A DNA stretch of 64,000 nucleotides from a virus (IMGVR_UViG_3300046454_000825:14876-78875); one strand, 5' to 3'. Positions 11,130 to 20,818 are shown, numbered from the stretch's first letter. Numbers and translations: made by a program. Notes: generated from the sequence alone by a model not told the origin.

Positions 11130-12524
11130 ATGAAAAAGACACTATTCGCAGGCTTGACGGTTCTCGAAGCCGGTGAGGGACTCGACACCGACAGCGGAGC
11201 CTTCACCGGCCGCGACCGCGAAACCACGGATCACCTGCTCGAAGTTGGGGCGAAGACGCATCGCCACACCGGGCTCAACGGGCTGGCCTCGCCGTCGGTC
11301 GCCCTGGGTGCGGCCGTCGTCGCTTCCGCGGGCACGATCGGCGCGGATCTTGACGTCTCCCTCGGCTACACGCTGGAGGACAGCGTCGGCGGCGAGACGC
11401 TGATCTCGCCCGTGACGGCAGTCAGCACGGGGTCGCCGGTGGAAGGCCCGCAGGCAGCGCCCAGCGCCGCGTTCGACAGCGCTGGCGGCTCGCTGCTCGT
11501 GAACACCTACTTCTACGGCGTGACCTTCACGGACGGCGAAGGCGGCGAGACGCCACTGGGTCCGACGGTCAACGTAGAGCGCCCGCCAGGCTTCGCCTCC
11601 GGCCGCGTCGACCTCTCCCAGCTCAACTTCGGGCTTGCCGCCGCTGGCGCGAAAGGGTGGCGTCTGTACCGCGCAACGGGTGGAGGGACGTTCAACCTGC
11701 TCGCCACGGGTGGCACTGGCGAAAGCACATTTGTCGATGACGGGACGAAATCCGTCGAATGCAGCGTACATCCGCCAGCCGGGGAAACAAATACGACACT
11801 GGGCATCAACACGCTGCTGGTGACGTTACCGACGACCGGCCTGGCTTCGGCGAGCTTCATCAACGTCTACGCCTCGATCACCGGTGACTTCGGGGGTGGT
11901 TCCTTCCTGCAGCAGTTCCCTGTCGCGAGCGCCGGCGCTGTCGTGCCGTTCTCGAAACTCGAACTGCTCTCGATCAGCCCACCGTCGGTGAACCTCTCGA
12001 TCGGCGGCGCGCATCAGATCGACCCGGACACCGAGCTGATCGACTACCACTGGAAGAGACCGGTGGCCAACGTCGGAGATCTGCCTGGGACCGCCGAAGA
12101 GGGCGACACGCGCATGGTGTCGTCGTTCTCCTCACCGACCGCCTACGTGTTCCACAACGGCAAATGGGAACCGTGGCAGGCCGGCGGCAGCGGGACCACA
12201 GGACCCTGGACCAGGATGACGCCGCTAGAAGGCGAATGGGAAGGCACGAGCTCTCCCGAATGGCCACCGGCGTTCCGGGTCAAGGGCGACGAGGTCGAGC
12301 TCGCCGGCGGCATCATGGAAGGAGCGGACGGAGTCACGATCTTCACCTTCCCGGTGGGAGCAAGACCCGCGGCAAACGTGCGGATAGGCCTGGGCGAGGG
12401 AGTGGCCAACGCCGGCATCACCCTCGAAGTCAAGACCGACGGCAGGCTGATCGCGATCAACTCTCAGAATGCGATCGTCTACCTGACCGGCTTGTCCTTC
12501 CCGCTGGGTGCTCCGCCCCCATGA
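11130..12524 (+). CDS. second tail fibre/RBP, paralogous N-terminus with different C-terminal head
   Basis: MKKTLFAGLT...IDPDTELIDYHWKRPV matches the 7684 N-terminus; C-terminal IFTFPVGARP...VYLTGLSF pattern typical of siphophage RBP heads; RBS AAGGAG. Confidence 0.8.
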   Translation: MKKTLFAGLTVLEAGEGLDTDSGAFTGRDRETTDHLLEVGAKTHRHTGLNGLASPSVALGAAVVASAGTIGADLDVSLGYTLEDSVGGETLISPVTAVSTGSPVEGPQAAPSAAFDSAGGSLLVNTYFYGVTFTDGEGGETPLGPTVNVERPPGFASGRVDLSQLNFGLAAAGAKGWRLYRATGGGTFNLLATGGTGESTFVDDGTKSVECSVHPPAGETNTTLGINTLLVTLPTTGLASASFINVYASITGDFGGGSFLQQFPVASAGAVVPFSKLELLSISPPSVNLSIGGAHQIDPDTELIDYHWKRPVANVGDLPGTAEEGDTRMVSSFSSPTAYVFHNGKWEPWQAGGSGTTGPWTRMTPLEGEWEGTSSPEWPPAFRVKGDEVELAGGIMEGADGVTIFTFPVGARPAANVRIGLGEGVANAGITLEVKTDGRLIAINSQNAIVYLTGLSFPLGAPPP

Positions 12525-13933
12525 TCCTGAAATTCATCAATGGCAGTCACGTTCAGCAGAACATGTGGGGCGAGGCGCTGCATCACCTGCTCCACTTTCC
12601 GTTCGAGGCAATCAACCTCACTGCGACCATCGACTTCGTCGCTTCGATCTCAGGAGGGCATACCGACCTAGCGTCTACCAATTGGACCTACGACAGCCCC
12701 ATCTCGTCCACGAAAGTACGTAAAGACGCTCCTTCATTCAGCGGTCTGCAAAGTGCGCTGGTTGCCGAGGCCGCGAAGTGGGGCTTGGAATTCTCGGCGG
12801 AGCGTTTCTACATGGAGACCGCTGTGCATGAGACAGCTCACGCTCTGTACGCAGCACTGCCCCACGCGAGGCGGGTGGCGATCGCGCAGATGTTCGGGGC
12901 GAAAAGTGACTCACTGAGTGAAATACAGCCGAACGTCGCCTGGCAGGATCGGATCATCGAGGGGATCGCGGAGACCTTCAAGGAGGCGTTCCTGCCGCGA
13001 CGCTTCAGGGTATTCCCGAACAGGACCAACAAGCGGATCTCCTACTCCATGTTCCCCGAATTCAGGGCACTGTGGCGGGCGGCAGCACCGGAAGTGGGGA
13101 TCGAAGAAGTGGGCACTGTTGAAGAACAGATGCACAAACTCGAAGAACGTGACTCCCTGCAGGTAGGACCGAAACTCAAAAATAACACCGAAGAACCGCC
13201 GACCGAAGCTGAACTCGACACGCTGTGGGCGGAATGGAAGCCGGCCGAAGACAGAGGTTGGCACATGGCCGTCGTCTCTGACCCAAACGTCGCCTATCGA
13301 ACGGTGCCCAATAACAGTGGAAGCCCGCATCGCTTGCCGAAGGAAGTCGGGGCCATTTGGCAAGGCGAGTTACTCGGAGGCGGGAAAGATGGAATGGGAG
13401 TGGTGATTTTCGAGCGATCTTTTAACTCTCACTTCGAAGCCACGATCACTGAAGATGGTGAAGTCCAGGTCTTTCTATCCGACCAGACCCTGAAAAGTGG
13501 CTACAAGCTATCGGCAAGGCGAACGAAAAGAACCGGCGAAATATACACCTACAGATTGCGCCTAGAGAGATGGGACGGGGGTGTTCCCGAAGTTCTCCAT
13601 GAAGGGACGGTCGATGAGAGCGCCTCCGGTATCGGCGACCTTGGCCTTAGCGCCAAAGACGGTGTTGTTACTGCCTGGGCTGGAGTGCCGGTGGTCCCAA
13701 TCTTCTCGGTGAACGACAGCAAATACAACGAAGGCTACGCCGGCATCGGCCTCCTCCGCGACGATCTCTTCACCGGACTCTCCGAGCCTGGGCTCACGAA
13801 CTTCCGAGCCGGCACGATTCTCTCTAACCAGCCAGGCCCACCGGTCGAGGTTCCTCCGCCCAATATCACACCTGCCGGATCGCTGGGTGGCTCCCTACCG
13901 CACAAACGTCCAATCGTAGGAAATACCCAGTAA
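12521..13933 (+). CDS. zinc metallopeptidase (HExxH) with C-terminal beta-sandwich, probably virion-associated
   Basis: ATG 12521 (ATGA overlap); VHETAH plus downstream EGIAETF third-ligand motif; last gene before a terminator. Confidence 0.6.
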   Translation: MILKFINGSHVQQNMWGEALHHLLHFPFEAINLTATIDFVASISGGHTDLASTNWTYDSPISSTKVRKDAPSFSGLQSALVAEAAKWGLEFSAERFYMETAVHETAHALYAALPHARRVAIAQMFGAKSDSLSEIQPNVAWQDRIIEGIAETFKEAFLPRRFRVFPNRTNKRISYSMFPEFRALWRAAAPEVGIEEVGTVEEQMHKLEERDSLQVGPKLKNNTEEPPTEAELDTLWAEWKPAEDRGWHMAVVSDPNVAYRTVPNNSGSPHRLPKEVGAIWQGELLGGGKDGMGVVIFERSFNSHFEATITEDGEVQVFLSDQTLKSGYKLSARRTKRTGEIYTYRLRLERWDGGVPEVLHEGTVDESASGIGDLGLSAKDGVVTAWAGVPVVPIFSVNDSKYNEGYAGIGLLRDDLFTGLSEPGLTNFRAGTILSNQPGPPVEVPPPNITPAGSLGGSLPHKRPIVGNTQ

Positions 13934-13963
13934 CGGGGTAGAGATATGTGTTAGGTTGCGCTC

Positions 13964-13989
13964 GCCGCCTGAGTCAAGGCGGCTTTTTT
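13964..13989 (+). terminator. intrinsic terminator at end of tail operon / attenuator in Rpf-gene leader
   Basis: GCCGCCT-gagtca-AGGCGGC followed by T6. Confidence 0.8.
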
Positions 13990-14054
13990 GTGCTCACGAA
14001 CGGAGCGCAACACCCGGACCCGCAAGGGTCAAACCACGCAAAGGGGGACACCCA

Positions 14055-14654
14055 ATGCGACGCGGAGCACTGCTCCTATTCACCACCGCTGCGCTGTTTA
14101 CAGCGGTCGCACCGGCCGGATCTGTCGTTGTCCAGCCGGGCTCCATAGATGCATGTCCACTGAAGTTCACCGGTGGGCAGTTCGTGCAGGTGGCGAAGCA
14201 AGCATGGAACGAGCGAAAGTGGAAGGACCACACTCCGGTGGGTCCAGGGCTCCGACAAAAAAGCCGCACAATGCGATATTGCGCTGTGAGCAGGCACGCT
14301 GCGCGTCGGATGGCCGAGATCTGGTCTTCCCACAAGCGGCAGTTCAAGCTCTGGCAGCGCTACCGTCGCATCGCGCCGGAAGAAGGATTCGTCGGCGAGG
14401 GGAAATGGCTGCGGTGGTTACCGATCCCGCGCTATATCGTCGAATGCGAGACAGAAGGTTACGGGAACGTCCCGGGGTCGAAGGGTCCGCGCATGTCGGC
14501 CGTAAACGCCTCTTCTGGGGCCGAGGGCGCGGCGCAGTTGCTCGGCTGGAACAATCCGTGGCCGGTCGTGACGGCAAGCGATTACGTCGCTTACTGGGAA
14601 GAAGCCGCCTACGTGATGGCGGTGCAGGGGTCTTCAGCCTGGGCATGTGCCTGA
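14055..14654 (+). CDS. secreted Rpf-like lytic transglycosylase
   Basis: Signal peptide MRRGALLLFTTAALFTAVAPA; C-terminal IPRYIVECET...AVNASSGAEGAAQ...QGSSAWAC matches the Rpf/lysozyme-like pattern (catalytic Glu in CE, two Cys). Confidence 0.7.
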   Translation: MRRGALLLFTTAALFTAVAPAGSVVVQPGSIDACPLKFTGGQFVQVAKQAWNERKWKDHTPVGPGLRQKSRTMRYCAVSRHAARRMAEIWSSHKRQFKLWQRYRRIAPEEGFVGEGKWLRWLPIPRYIVECETEGYGNVPGSKGPRMSAVNASSGAEGAAQLLGWNNPWPVVTASDYVAYWEEAAYVMAVQGSSAWACA

Positions 14655-14706
14655 TAGGCTGACCTCCTCTGCGGTCCGGCTGGTGGGCCAACGGGGTGGA
14701 TTCAGC

Positions 14707-14739
14707 GCAAAAAGGGGGGCCGCAAGGCCCCCCTTTTGC
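14707..14739. terminator. bidirectional intrinsic terminator
   Basis: GCAAAAAGGGGGGCC-GCAA-GGCCCCCCTTTTGC between convergent genes. Confidence 0.85.
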
Positions 14740-14759
14740 AGCTCTGAGGTCTCCGCCGA

Positions 14760-15044
14760 CTACTCGGTCGAAGCCTCTCCGCCGTCGCCGCCGGCCGGAC
14801 TCTCCGGCGCGGGCTCTGCGGGCGTCTCCGGCTCGGCCGGCGCTGCCGGCTCTCCGGGGGCGGGCTCGGCCGGGGTCTCCGGCTCCGCCGGGGTCGGCTC
14901 GCTGGGAGCCTCTCCCCCCTCGGGCTCGGCCGGACTCTCCGGCGCGGGCTCCGCGGGCGACTGGTCGGGAGCGTCGGGGGTCTCGGGAGCCGGGGTCTCC
15001 GGGCTCTCCGTGGGCTCCGGGGCCGGTGTGTCGCTGGCCTCCAT
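14760..15044 (-). CDS. 94-aa Pro/Glu/Ala-rich acidic disordered protein
   Basis: GAAGGAG RBS shortly upstream of ATG; MEASDTPAPEPTESPETPAP...; followed by the terminator. Confidence 0.7.
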   Translation of the reverse strand: MEASDTPAPEPTESPETPAPETPDAPDQSPAEPAPESPAEPEGGEAPSEPTPAEPETPAEPAPGEPAAPAEPETPAEPAPESPAGGDGGEASTE

Positions 15045-15091
15045 ATTGCGCTCCTTCGGTCGAATTAACGTTGCCGGGCGACCATATCGAC

Positions 15092-15121
15092 TTGTGCGGC
15101 GTCCTGCGATCGCGATAGGTT
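15092..15121 (+). promoter_or_regulatory. sigma70-type promoter for recombination/replication operon
   Basis: TTGTGC-N18-TAGGTT followed by AGGAGG RBS. Confidence 0.55.
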
Positions 15122-15154
15122 GCTCCCCCCACAAACAGGAGGAATTTACGGCGA

Positions 15155-16237
15155 ATGACACGGCAACGGCAGCAGCGACGTGAGGGTAGGGAGGGCAACC
15201 GGTGGGTGAATAAACCGCCGACGGCCGAGGAGTTGGTCTCCTGGTTCAAAGAGAATGTCGAGGTCGACGAGAAGCTAGAGGCCTCCGACTACGTGGGTGG
15301 CGTCACCTTGATCGCGAGCAAGGAGAAGTCGGCCGAAGTGATGGGCTGGGACGAGAGCAATTCACCCCAGATCGAGGACGTGTGGGACCTCGTCTACACC
15401 CCCTATATCAAGGTCGAGACCCGGATCAAATACTTCCACGACCTGATGGAGGCCAACGAGGGCTGGCTCGGCATCATCGAGCCCGCGGCCCCGAAAGAGC
15501 AGGACGATCGCCTCCCTGCCGGCTTCTTCATCATGTCGACCAAGACCGGCGAGGCCACCGAGGTGCGCTTCATCTGCAAGTCGATGAAGGTCAGCGTCTA
15601 CCGGAAGGACACCGTCAAGGAGGAGTGGGTCCTTGTCGATCGAGGTCTAGAGGAGGCGCGGCGCTGGGAGAAACAGCGCACCGGCGTGATCGTCATGGAC
15701 CCGCCGGCGGCGACCAAGAACGTGCCAATGCTCAACAGCTACGGCAACGTCGACACCAACGCGCTGATGAAAGCCGAGACCGGTGCCGTCGGCCGCGCGC
15801 TGGGGATGGCCGGCATGCTCGTGATCCCAGGGACCGGGCTGGCCACGGCCGAGGACATGCAGGAGGCCGCGGCGATCCGCGAGGACGGCGGCGATCCCTC
15901 TTCGGCGATCCTGCCCGACGAGAGGTTGCCCGGTGCCGAGAGCGAGCCCGCTTCGCTGCAGGCCGACGAGATCCTTCGCAAAGAGGTGGTCGAGTCGCTC
16001 AAGCGGATGGACATTCACCCGCCGACGCGGGAGGAGTTCAACGAGTGGGCCAAAGGTCGCAGCTTCACCAAACTGAGCGAGGTGACGTCGCCGGCGCTGC
16101 GCGGCATGGCCAAACGGGCAGAGACGCTGGCCGACCAGGCGGAGGTTCGAGCGGCCGAAACGAAGGCCCAGGCCGCTCCGGAGGAGCCGACCGCGGAGAT
16201 GGAGGTCCCGGAGCCAGCGCCGGAGCCGGAGAAGTAG
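15155..16237 (+). CDS. Rad52/Sak-like single-strand annealing protein
   Basis: YIKVETRIKYF and ALMKAETGAVGRALGMAG motifs; adjacent exonuclease. Confidence 0.6.
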   Translation: MTRQRQQRREGREGNRWVNKPPTAEELVSWFKENVEVDEKLEASDYVGGVTLIASKEKSAEVMGWDESNSPQIEDVWDLVYTPYIKVETRIKYFHDLMEANEGWLGIIEPAAPKEQDDRLPAGFFIMSTKTGEATEVRFICKSMKVSVYRKDTVKEEWVLVDRGLEEARRWEKQRTGVIVMDPPAATKNVPMLNSYGNVDTNALMKAETGAVGRALGMAGMLVIPGTGLATAEDMQEAAAIREDGGDPSSAILPDERLPGAESEPASLQADEILRKEVVESLKRMDIHPPTREEFNEWAKGRSFTKLSEVTSPALRGMAKRAETLADQAEVRAAETKAQAAPEEPTAEMEVPEPAPEPEK

Positions 16238-16322
16238 TGCGGCCCGGCCCGGGGCAGGGGAGCCGGGACCGGGCCGCGAGTCGATCGACCGGGCGGAAAC
16301 CTAACAGTAATCGTGAGGCAAA

Positions 16323-17474
16323 ATGAAGCTCCCAGGCAATGCTGTAGGAATTAGCGACGTTATTCAGTTCCGGGACTGTCCACAGCGCTTCGAGTTCGAC
16401 ATGCGCAGGTGGACCGAGGAGGGTGAAGCGCCGGAGGCGACCAACCCCAACAACGTCTACGGATCTGCGATTCACCACGCGATCGCCGCCAGCGAGGAAG
16501 GCATGAGCGATGGCGAAGCGGTGCAGTCTGCGATGGACAAGTACGGGAGCTGGCTCGACCCCGAAGACCTGGAGCTCCTGATCGACGATCTCGCGACCTA
16601 CCACCTCCGCGACTACGCCGGCGTCAAGACCGTGGCCTCCGAGGAAAACATCAAGGTGCCGCTCTTCGAGTGGGAAGGCGAGACGATCTACTACCGCTTC
16701 ACGCTCGACCGGCTCTACGTCCGGCTCGACAACCCGACCTCTTTCGTGCACATCGACTACAAGTCGTCCAAGCACAAGAAGAGCGAGGCGGAGGTCCACA
16801 AAGACGTTCAGCTCTGGACCTACAACTTCGCGATCTTCGAACAGTGGCCAGAGGCGGAGTCGCTGTTGCAGATCTACGATCAGCTCCGCTTCGGCAGCGT
16901 GCCCACCCGAAAGAATGCCGCACAACGCGCGCAAATTCGGAAGTGGCTGGTCGAACAGATCACCACCATCCTCCGGCGAGACGAGATCAAGCCGCGGTTC
17001 AACCAGTGGTGCCCATGGTGTCCGCTCCTAGAGTCGTGTCCCGAGCCGAGGAAGACTGCGGAGTTTGCGCGTGCCAGGATCGAGGCGCTCGCCCCAGGAG
17101 GCGTCGACACCGCTAGTCTCCTCGCCGAACCGGGACTAATCGACACCTACGCCGAAGAGCTGGAGGAGGTCGAGACGACCCGGAAGTGTTTGGATCGCTT
17201 CGAGAAATCTGTGAAAGGTGTCATACGTGAGTTGCCATCAGAGAAACGACGCGAGTTGGGGTTCGAACTTTCGCCGAGCTCGCGAGATGTGTGGACTCCA
17301 CAGGCACTCCGCGCAGTGCACGAAGCGATCGGCGACGACTTCTATCTACTTATCAAGATGACCAAGACAAAGATCAACGAGTTCTACGCAAAAGACGCCG
17401 TGGCGGTGTCGCGAGTGCTCGACTTGGCAGAAAAAGAGGCAGCATCGCAGCGACTTAACCGCATTCGAAACTGA
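16323..17474 (+). CDS. Cas4/RecB-like PD-(D/E)xK exonuclease with Fe-S cysteines
   Basis: CPQRF; GSAIH; DRL...IDYKS; QLWTY; CPWCPLLESC. Confidence 0.85.
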   Translation: MKLPGNAVGISDVIQFRDCPQRFEFDMRRWTEEGEAPEATNPNNVYGSAIHHAIAASEEGMSDGEAVQSAMDKYGSWLDPEDLELLIDDLATYHLRDYAGVKTVASEENIKVPLFEWEGETIYYRFTLDRLYVRLDNPTSFVHIDYKSSKHKKSEAEVHKDVQLWTYNFAIFEQWPEAESLLQIYDQLRFGSVPTRKNAAQRAQIRKWLVEQITTILRRDEIKPRFNQWCPWCPLLESCPEPRKTAEFARARIEALAPGGVDTASLLAEPGLIDTYAEELEEVETTRKCLDRFEKSVKGVIRELPSEKRRELGFELSPSSRDVWTPQALRAVHEAIGDDFYLLIKMTKTKINEFYAKDAVAVSRVLDLAEKEAASQRLNRIRN

Positions 17475-17480
17475 CATAGC

Positions 17481-17522
17481 GAAGGCCCCCCGACTCCTTT
17501 GGCTAGTAGCTGGGGGACCTTC
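17481..17522 (+). promoter_or_regulatory. inverted repeat upstream of replication initiator
   Basis: GAAGGCCCCC ... GGGGGACCTTC; no U-tract. Confidence 0.4.
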
Positions 17523-17595
17523 ACAGGACGCTAAGGGCTTGTGCTGCGTCTCCCGTCACATGAAGCACATCGGGTGACCAGACAGACCTAGCGTC

Positions 17596-18516
17596 GTGAA
17601 GCATAGCGAGACGATCGGACAAATGCAACACGACCAGAGTGACGATCCGCCGGCGGAGGTTGTAACCGGCTACATCAAAAGCGAGATTTACGCCGCGGAC
17701 GGCGCAATTCTGGGCACCCTGGCCGGATTTATCGAGCTCGGCGGGGCTTTCGGAGCGGGGGGAACCTCTAAGGAGGGGGGTGAGGAGATCTCGGGATTTA
17801 ACAACAAACCACCTTCAACTCCAGACGTAAGTTTTGAAGAGGGGTCTGGGGAGGGACTTTTGGTTGAGGACATCGAAGGCATGTCGATGGAAGAGATCGC
17901 CACCCGCTTGAGGCAGCGCGGGATAACCCCGGCCTCCTCAGCCAGCAAGGACGACTTGATCGACCAGTTGGCTGTCGCCCTGCGTGCTGGTCGTTCGAAG
18001 GTCGGGGCGCAGGTGGATGCCGTGTGGTCGGCGTATGTGACCGCCATGAAGCCCAGGCGAACGGCAGCAGGTGAGGAGGAGAGGCGGATCATCCGGGCGG
18101 CGTTGAAGGTCGCGACGGTTGATGACTGTGTCACCTGCATCAAGGCATGTGCTGCATCGGATTACCACATGAAACGCGGCGAGTACATAAAACGCAAGGG
18201 CGGGAAATATAACTCGCTCGGCAAGATCCTCAAGCCGCGGCCCCGACTCGGTGAGACGCAACGCTCTCGCATCGACTGGTGGCTCGACAAGGAGATTTCT
18301 ACCGGCGTTGCGGGATTTCCGTCCGCTGACCCTGCAATCGTGCGCCAGCATCAGCTAGAAGTACAGCGCGGTCACGGATCGGACGACACCGATGCCGTGA
18401 GGAAGGCAAAGGATGCCGAGGCTTGGCTTGCGAAACACGGAATCGAAACCACTAGACGCGAGAGCGACGGGTACCCGATCTTCAAACGGGTCGACGCTCA
18501 CGGCGGGGGCCAATGA
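17596..18516 (+). CDS. replication initiator / replisome organiser-like protein (start uncertain)
   Basis: Coupled to dnaB; HeH/SAP-like segment SMEEIATRLRQRGITPASSASKDDLIDQL; helical phage initiator-type C-terminal domain. Confidence 0.5.
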   Translation: MKHSETIGQMQHDQSDDPPAEVVTGYIKSEIYAADGAILGTLAGFIELGGAFGAGGTSKEGGEEISGFNNKPPSTPDVSFEEGSGEGLLVEDIEGMSMEEIATRLRQRGITPASSASKDDLIDQLAVALRAGRSKVGAQVDAVWSAYVTAMKPRRTAAGEEERRIIRAALKVATVDDCVTCIKACAASDYHMKRGEYIKRKGGKYNSLGKILKPRPRLGETQRSRIDWWLDKEISTGVAGFPSADPAIVRQHQLEVQRGHGSDDTDAVRKAKDAEAWLAKHGIETTRRESDGYPIFKRVDAHGGGQ

Positions 18517-19874
18517 AAGCTCCACATTCCCTGGATGCAGAGCGCAGCGTCCTTGCGACGATGCTCAGGCAGGGCGACAAAGTTGCGGCCGAAGTGATCG
18601 GAACGCTCTTGGAGGGAAAGCATTTCTACGCGCCCCCGCATCGTGTGATCTTCGAAGCGTTGCACGAGAACTACTACGCGGATATGCCGCTCGACTCGTT
18701 GACGATTGGCACGCGCTGCTCGAAAACTCTCTCGAAGCTGTGGTCGACGTCCGAGGAGGTCGCGGTCGAACGGGTCAACGACCTGGCGGCGTCGCGGTTC
18801 CCCGGCAAGGTCATCGACCACGCCAAGCTGATCAAGGAGCACGCGGATCTGCGCGGCCTGCTCGGCCTCTGCAAGACGATCGAAGGGGAGATCGAGGCTC
18901 AGGAGCGCGGCGCGGAGGAGATCGCCGGCTTGGTCTCCCAGCAGGCGATGCGGATCGCCACGGACTCGCTGCTGACGGCCGAGATCATGGACTTCGGCCA
19001 GCTCGGCCGCAACTACTACGAGCAGGCGACGCTGGCCAAGAAAGCCACCGAAATGGGGATCGAGCTTGGCGTCAAGTTCGGGATGCCGTTCCTGGACAAC
19101 TACACCCGAGGCCTGCGCGCGACCGAGTTGATGCTCGGAGCCGGCGAGCCCGGCGTCGGCAAGAGCGCCGTCTATTGGAAGGCGGCGCTGCGCTTCGCCC
19201 AGAAGCAGATGGTGAAGACCGAGGACAAACGGATCGGCACGCTGGTGCTCAGCTTGGAGATGGGGGAAGAACCGACCAACGTCAGGCTCGCCCAGACGCT
19301 CACCCACATCGACGGCGGCAAGCTCCGCGAGGGCACGATGTCCGACGCCGAGATCAACAAGATCCTCCACGAGTGGGGCCGGCGCAAAGGCATCCCGCTC
19401 TACTTCAACTTCGCCTCCAGCGCCCGAGCCAGCCAGCTTCGAGCTCTCGTCGTCGAGGGCATTCGCCGCTACAACGTCGGCCTGGTGGTCATCGACCACT
19501 TCCGCCACTTCAACATGGATCGGCGCTACGACAACCAGATTATCGAAGACGAGGACAAGGTCAAATTCCTCAAGGAGGCGATCGCCAAGGATCTCAACAC
19601 CGCGGTGATCTGCGTCTGCCACACGACCAAGGGGATCGCCGAAGCCCGCAATCAGCGGCCAAATCTTACCCACCTTCGCGGCAGCTATCAGGTCGCAGCC
19701 GCGGCAGACTTCGTCAGTTTTATCCACCAACCGTACATGTACGCAACCGACGAGGCTCGCGAGTCGGGAGAGGTGACTGAGTCCCAGATGGAGATGATCT
19801 GGGAGAAGAACAGGCATGGCTATAAAGGCATCGCGCAGTTCCATATGAACGCAGCGCGCATGGACATTAAATAG
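18513..19874 (+). CDS. dnaB: replicative DNA helicase DnaB
   Basis: [13 protein letters not shown]-terminal domain; Walker A GEPGVGKS; SLEM; VIDH; [10 protein letters not shown]; KNRHG. Confidence 0.95.
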   Translation: MKAPHSLDAERSVLATMLRQGDKVAAEVIGTLLEGKHFYAPPHRVIFEALHENYYADMPLDSLTIGTRCSKTLSKLWSTSEEVAVERVNDLAASRFPGKVIDHAKLIKEHADLRGLLGLCKTIEGEIEAQERGAEEIAGLVSQQAMRIATDSLLTAEIMDFGQLGRNYYEQATLAKKATEMGIELGVKFGMPFLDNYTRGLRATELMLGAGEPGVGKSAVYWKAALRFAQKQMVKTEDKRIGTLVLSLEMGEEPTNVRLAQTLTHIDGGKLREGTMSDAEINKILHEWGRRKGIPLYFNFASSARASQLRALVVEGIRRYNVGLVVIDHFRHFNMDRRYDNQIIEDEDKVKFLKEAIAKDLNTAVICVCHTTKGIAEARNQRPNLTHLRGSYQVAAAADFVSFIHQPYMYATDEARESGEVTESQMEMIWEKNRHGYKGIAQFHMNAARMDIK

Positions 19875-19884
19875 GAGGCTCACA

Positions 19885-20661
19885 GTGTCGGATGACGTAG
19901 AGTTCGGAGGTACCGAGGACGTATTCGCAGACATCGAGACCGATCCATTGGCCGATGCTGATGAGCAGCTTCCCGAGGTCGGGGAGGCGGAGCTGGGTGG
20001 TGACAATCCCAGCGAGGAGATCCCGGAGGGTGACTTCCTGACCGAACCGGAAGAGCCCGACGACCAACTGCCCGAGCCCGTGCTCGAAGATCCCCCTGCG
20101 CCCGAGCCGGAGCCTGAGCCGGAGCCTGCTCCAGAGCCAACTCCGGAGCCCGAGCCGACACCTGAGCTGGAGCCGACACCTGAGCCGGAGCCGACACCCG
20201 AGCTGGAGCCGACACCCGAGCCGGAGCCCGCACCGGAACCCACTCCTGCGCCTGAGCCGGAGCCGGAGCCGGTCCCAGATCCGGAGCCCACTCCCGAGCC
20301 GGAAGTACCAAAACCCGAGCCCGAGCCGATCGCGGCGAAGGCTGAGCCCGAGGAGAAGCCGCCGGCGAAACCCAAAAAACCGAAAGCCAAAGCGAAAAAA
20401 CCCAAGGCCAAAGGTAAGAAGGACGGCCGCGCGGCGACGCGCCCCTACATCGTCATGTACGAAGACGAGAAGGGGTGGCACGAGGGTGCGGAGGTGGTCG
20501 CGCGCAGTGTCGAAAGGGCGCTCAAGGACGCCTTCCCGATCATGAAAGAGAAGACCGGGCTGACGGAGTTCGCGAACGCGACGGCGGTCCCGGCCAGCAA
20601 CTGGAACCCAGAGCCGTTGAGCTCGGAGACGGAAGTCCGAGACAAGGTCAAGATTGGCTGA
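19885..20661 (+). CDS. acidic, (Pro-Glu)n rod plus Lys-rich protein
   Basis: AGGAGG RBS, GTG start; ~75-residue PE/PT repeat, then [10 protein letters not shown], then a small globular C-terminus. Confidence 0.75.
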   Translation: MSDDVEFGGTEDVFADIETDPLADADEQLPEVGEAELGGDNPSEEIPEGDFLTEPEEPDDQLPEPVLEDPPAPEPEPEPEPAPEPTPEPEPTPELEPTPEPEPTPELEPTPEPEPAPEPTPAPEPEPEPVPDPEPTPEPEVPKPEPEPIAAKAEPEEKPPAKPKKPKAKAKKPKAKGKKDGRAATRPYIVMYEDEKGWHEGAEVVARSVERALKDAFPIMKEKTGLTEFANATAVPASNWNPEPLSSETEVRDKVKIG

Positions 20662-20818
20662 TCTCGGCAAATGCGAGTGGTGCTCGCTTCCGGCGAAGCT
20701 GGAGGTCCCGATCATGAAACGGATCAAGGGCACCAAGGGCATGGCCAATTCGGGCACGAAGATGCGGTGTTGCTACGGCCACGAGGATGTCGCGAAAAGG
20801 ATGGCAAGACATGAGTGA
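20654..20818 (+). CDS. small Cys-containing (Zn-finger-like) protein, 54 aa
   Basis: [13 protein letters not shown]...RCCYGH; fills the gap with overlaps at both ends; below ORF-track cutoff. Confidence 0.5.
   Translation: MADLGKCEWCSLPAKLEVPIMKRIKGTKGMANSGTKMRCCYGHEDVAKRMARHE

Noticed and set aside
7684-12524. Diversity-generating retroelement or invertible fibre shufflon
   Set aside because: No reverse transcriptase, no adenine-specific TR/VR pair, no inverted crossover sites or adjacent invertase seen
13934-14054. c-di-AMP (ydaO) riboswitch upstream of the Rpf-like gene
   Set aside because: The conserved ydaO segments (GCUGAAUCC, GGGGUGAA, CAGCUAAC) are not present and the region is short
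16323-17474. Cas4-like gene as sign of CRISPR-Cas
   Set aside because: No cas1/cas2 and no repeat-spacer array seen; it is paired with an annealase, as in phage recombination modules
18513-19874. Intein in DnaB (or in the visible part of TerL)
   Set aside because: Lengths are normal and no intein splice-junction motifs were seen
18498-20411. Long antisense ORFs (e.g. 637 aa here, 496 aa at 7879-9369, 389 aa at 27341-28510)
   Set aside because: Shadows of high-GC3 sense genes and repeats; no RBS or motifs
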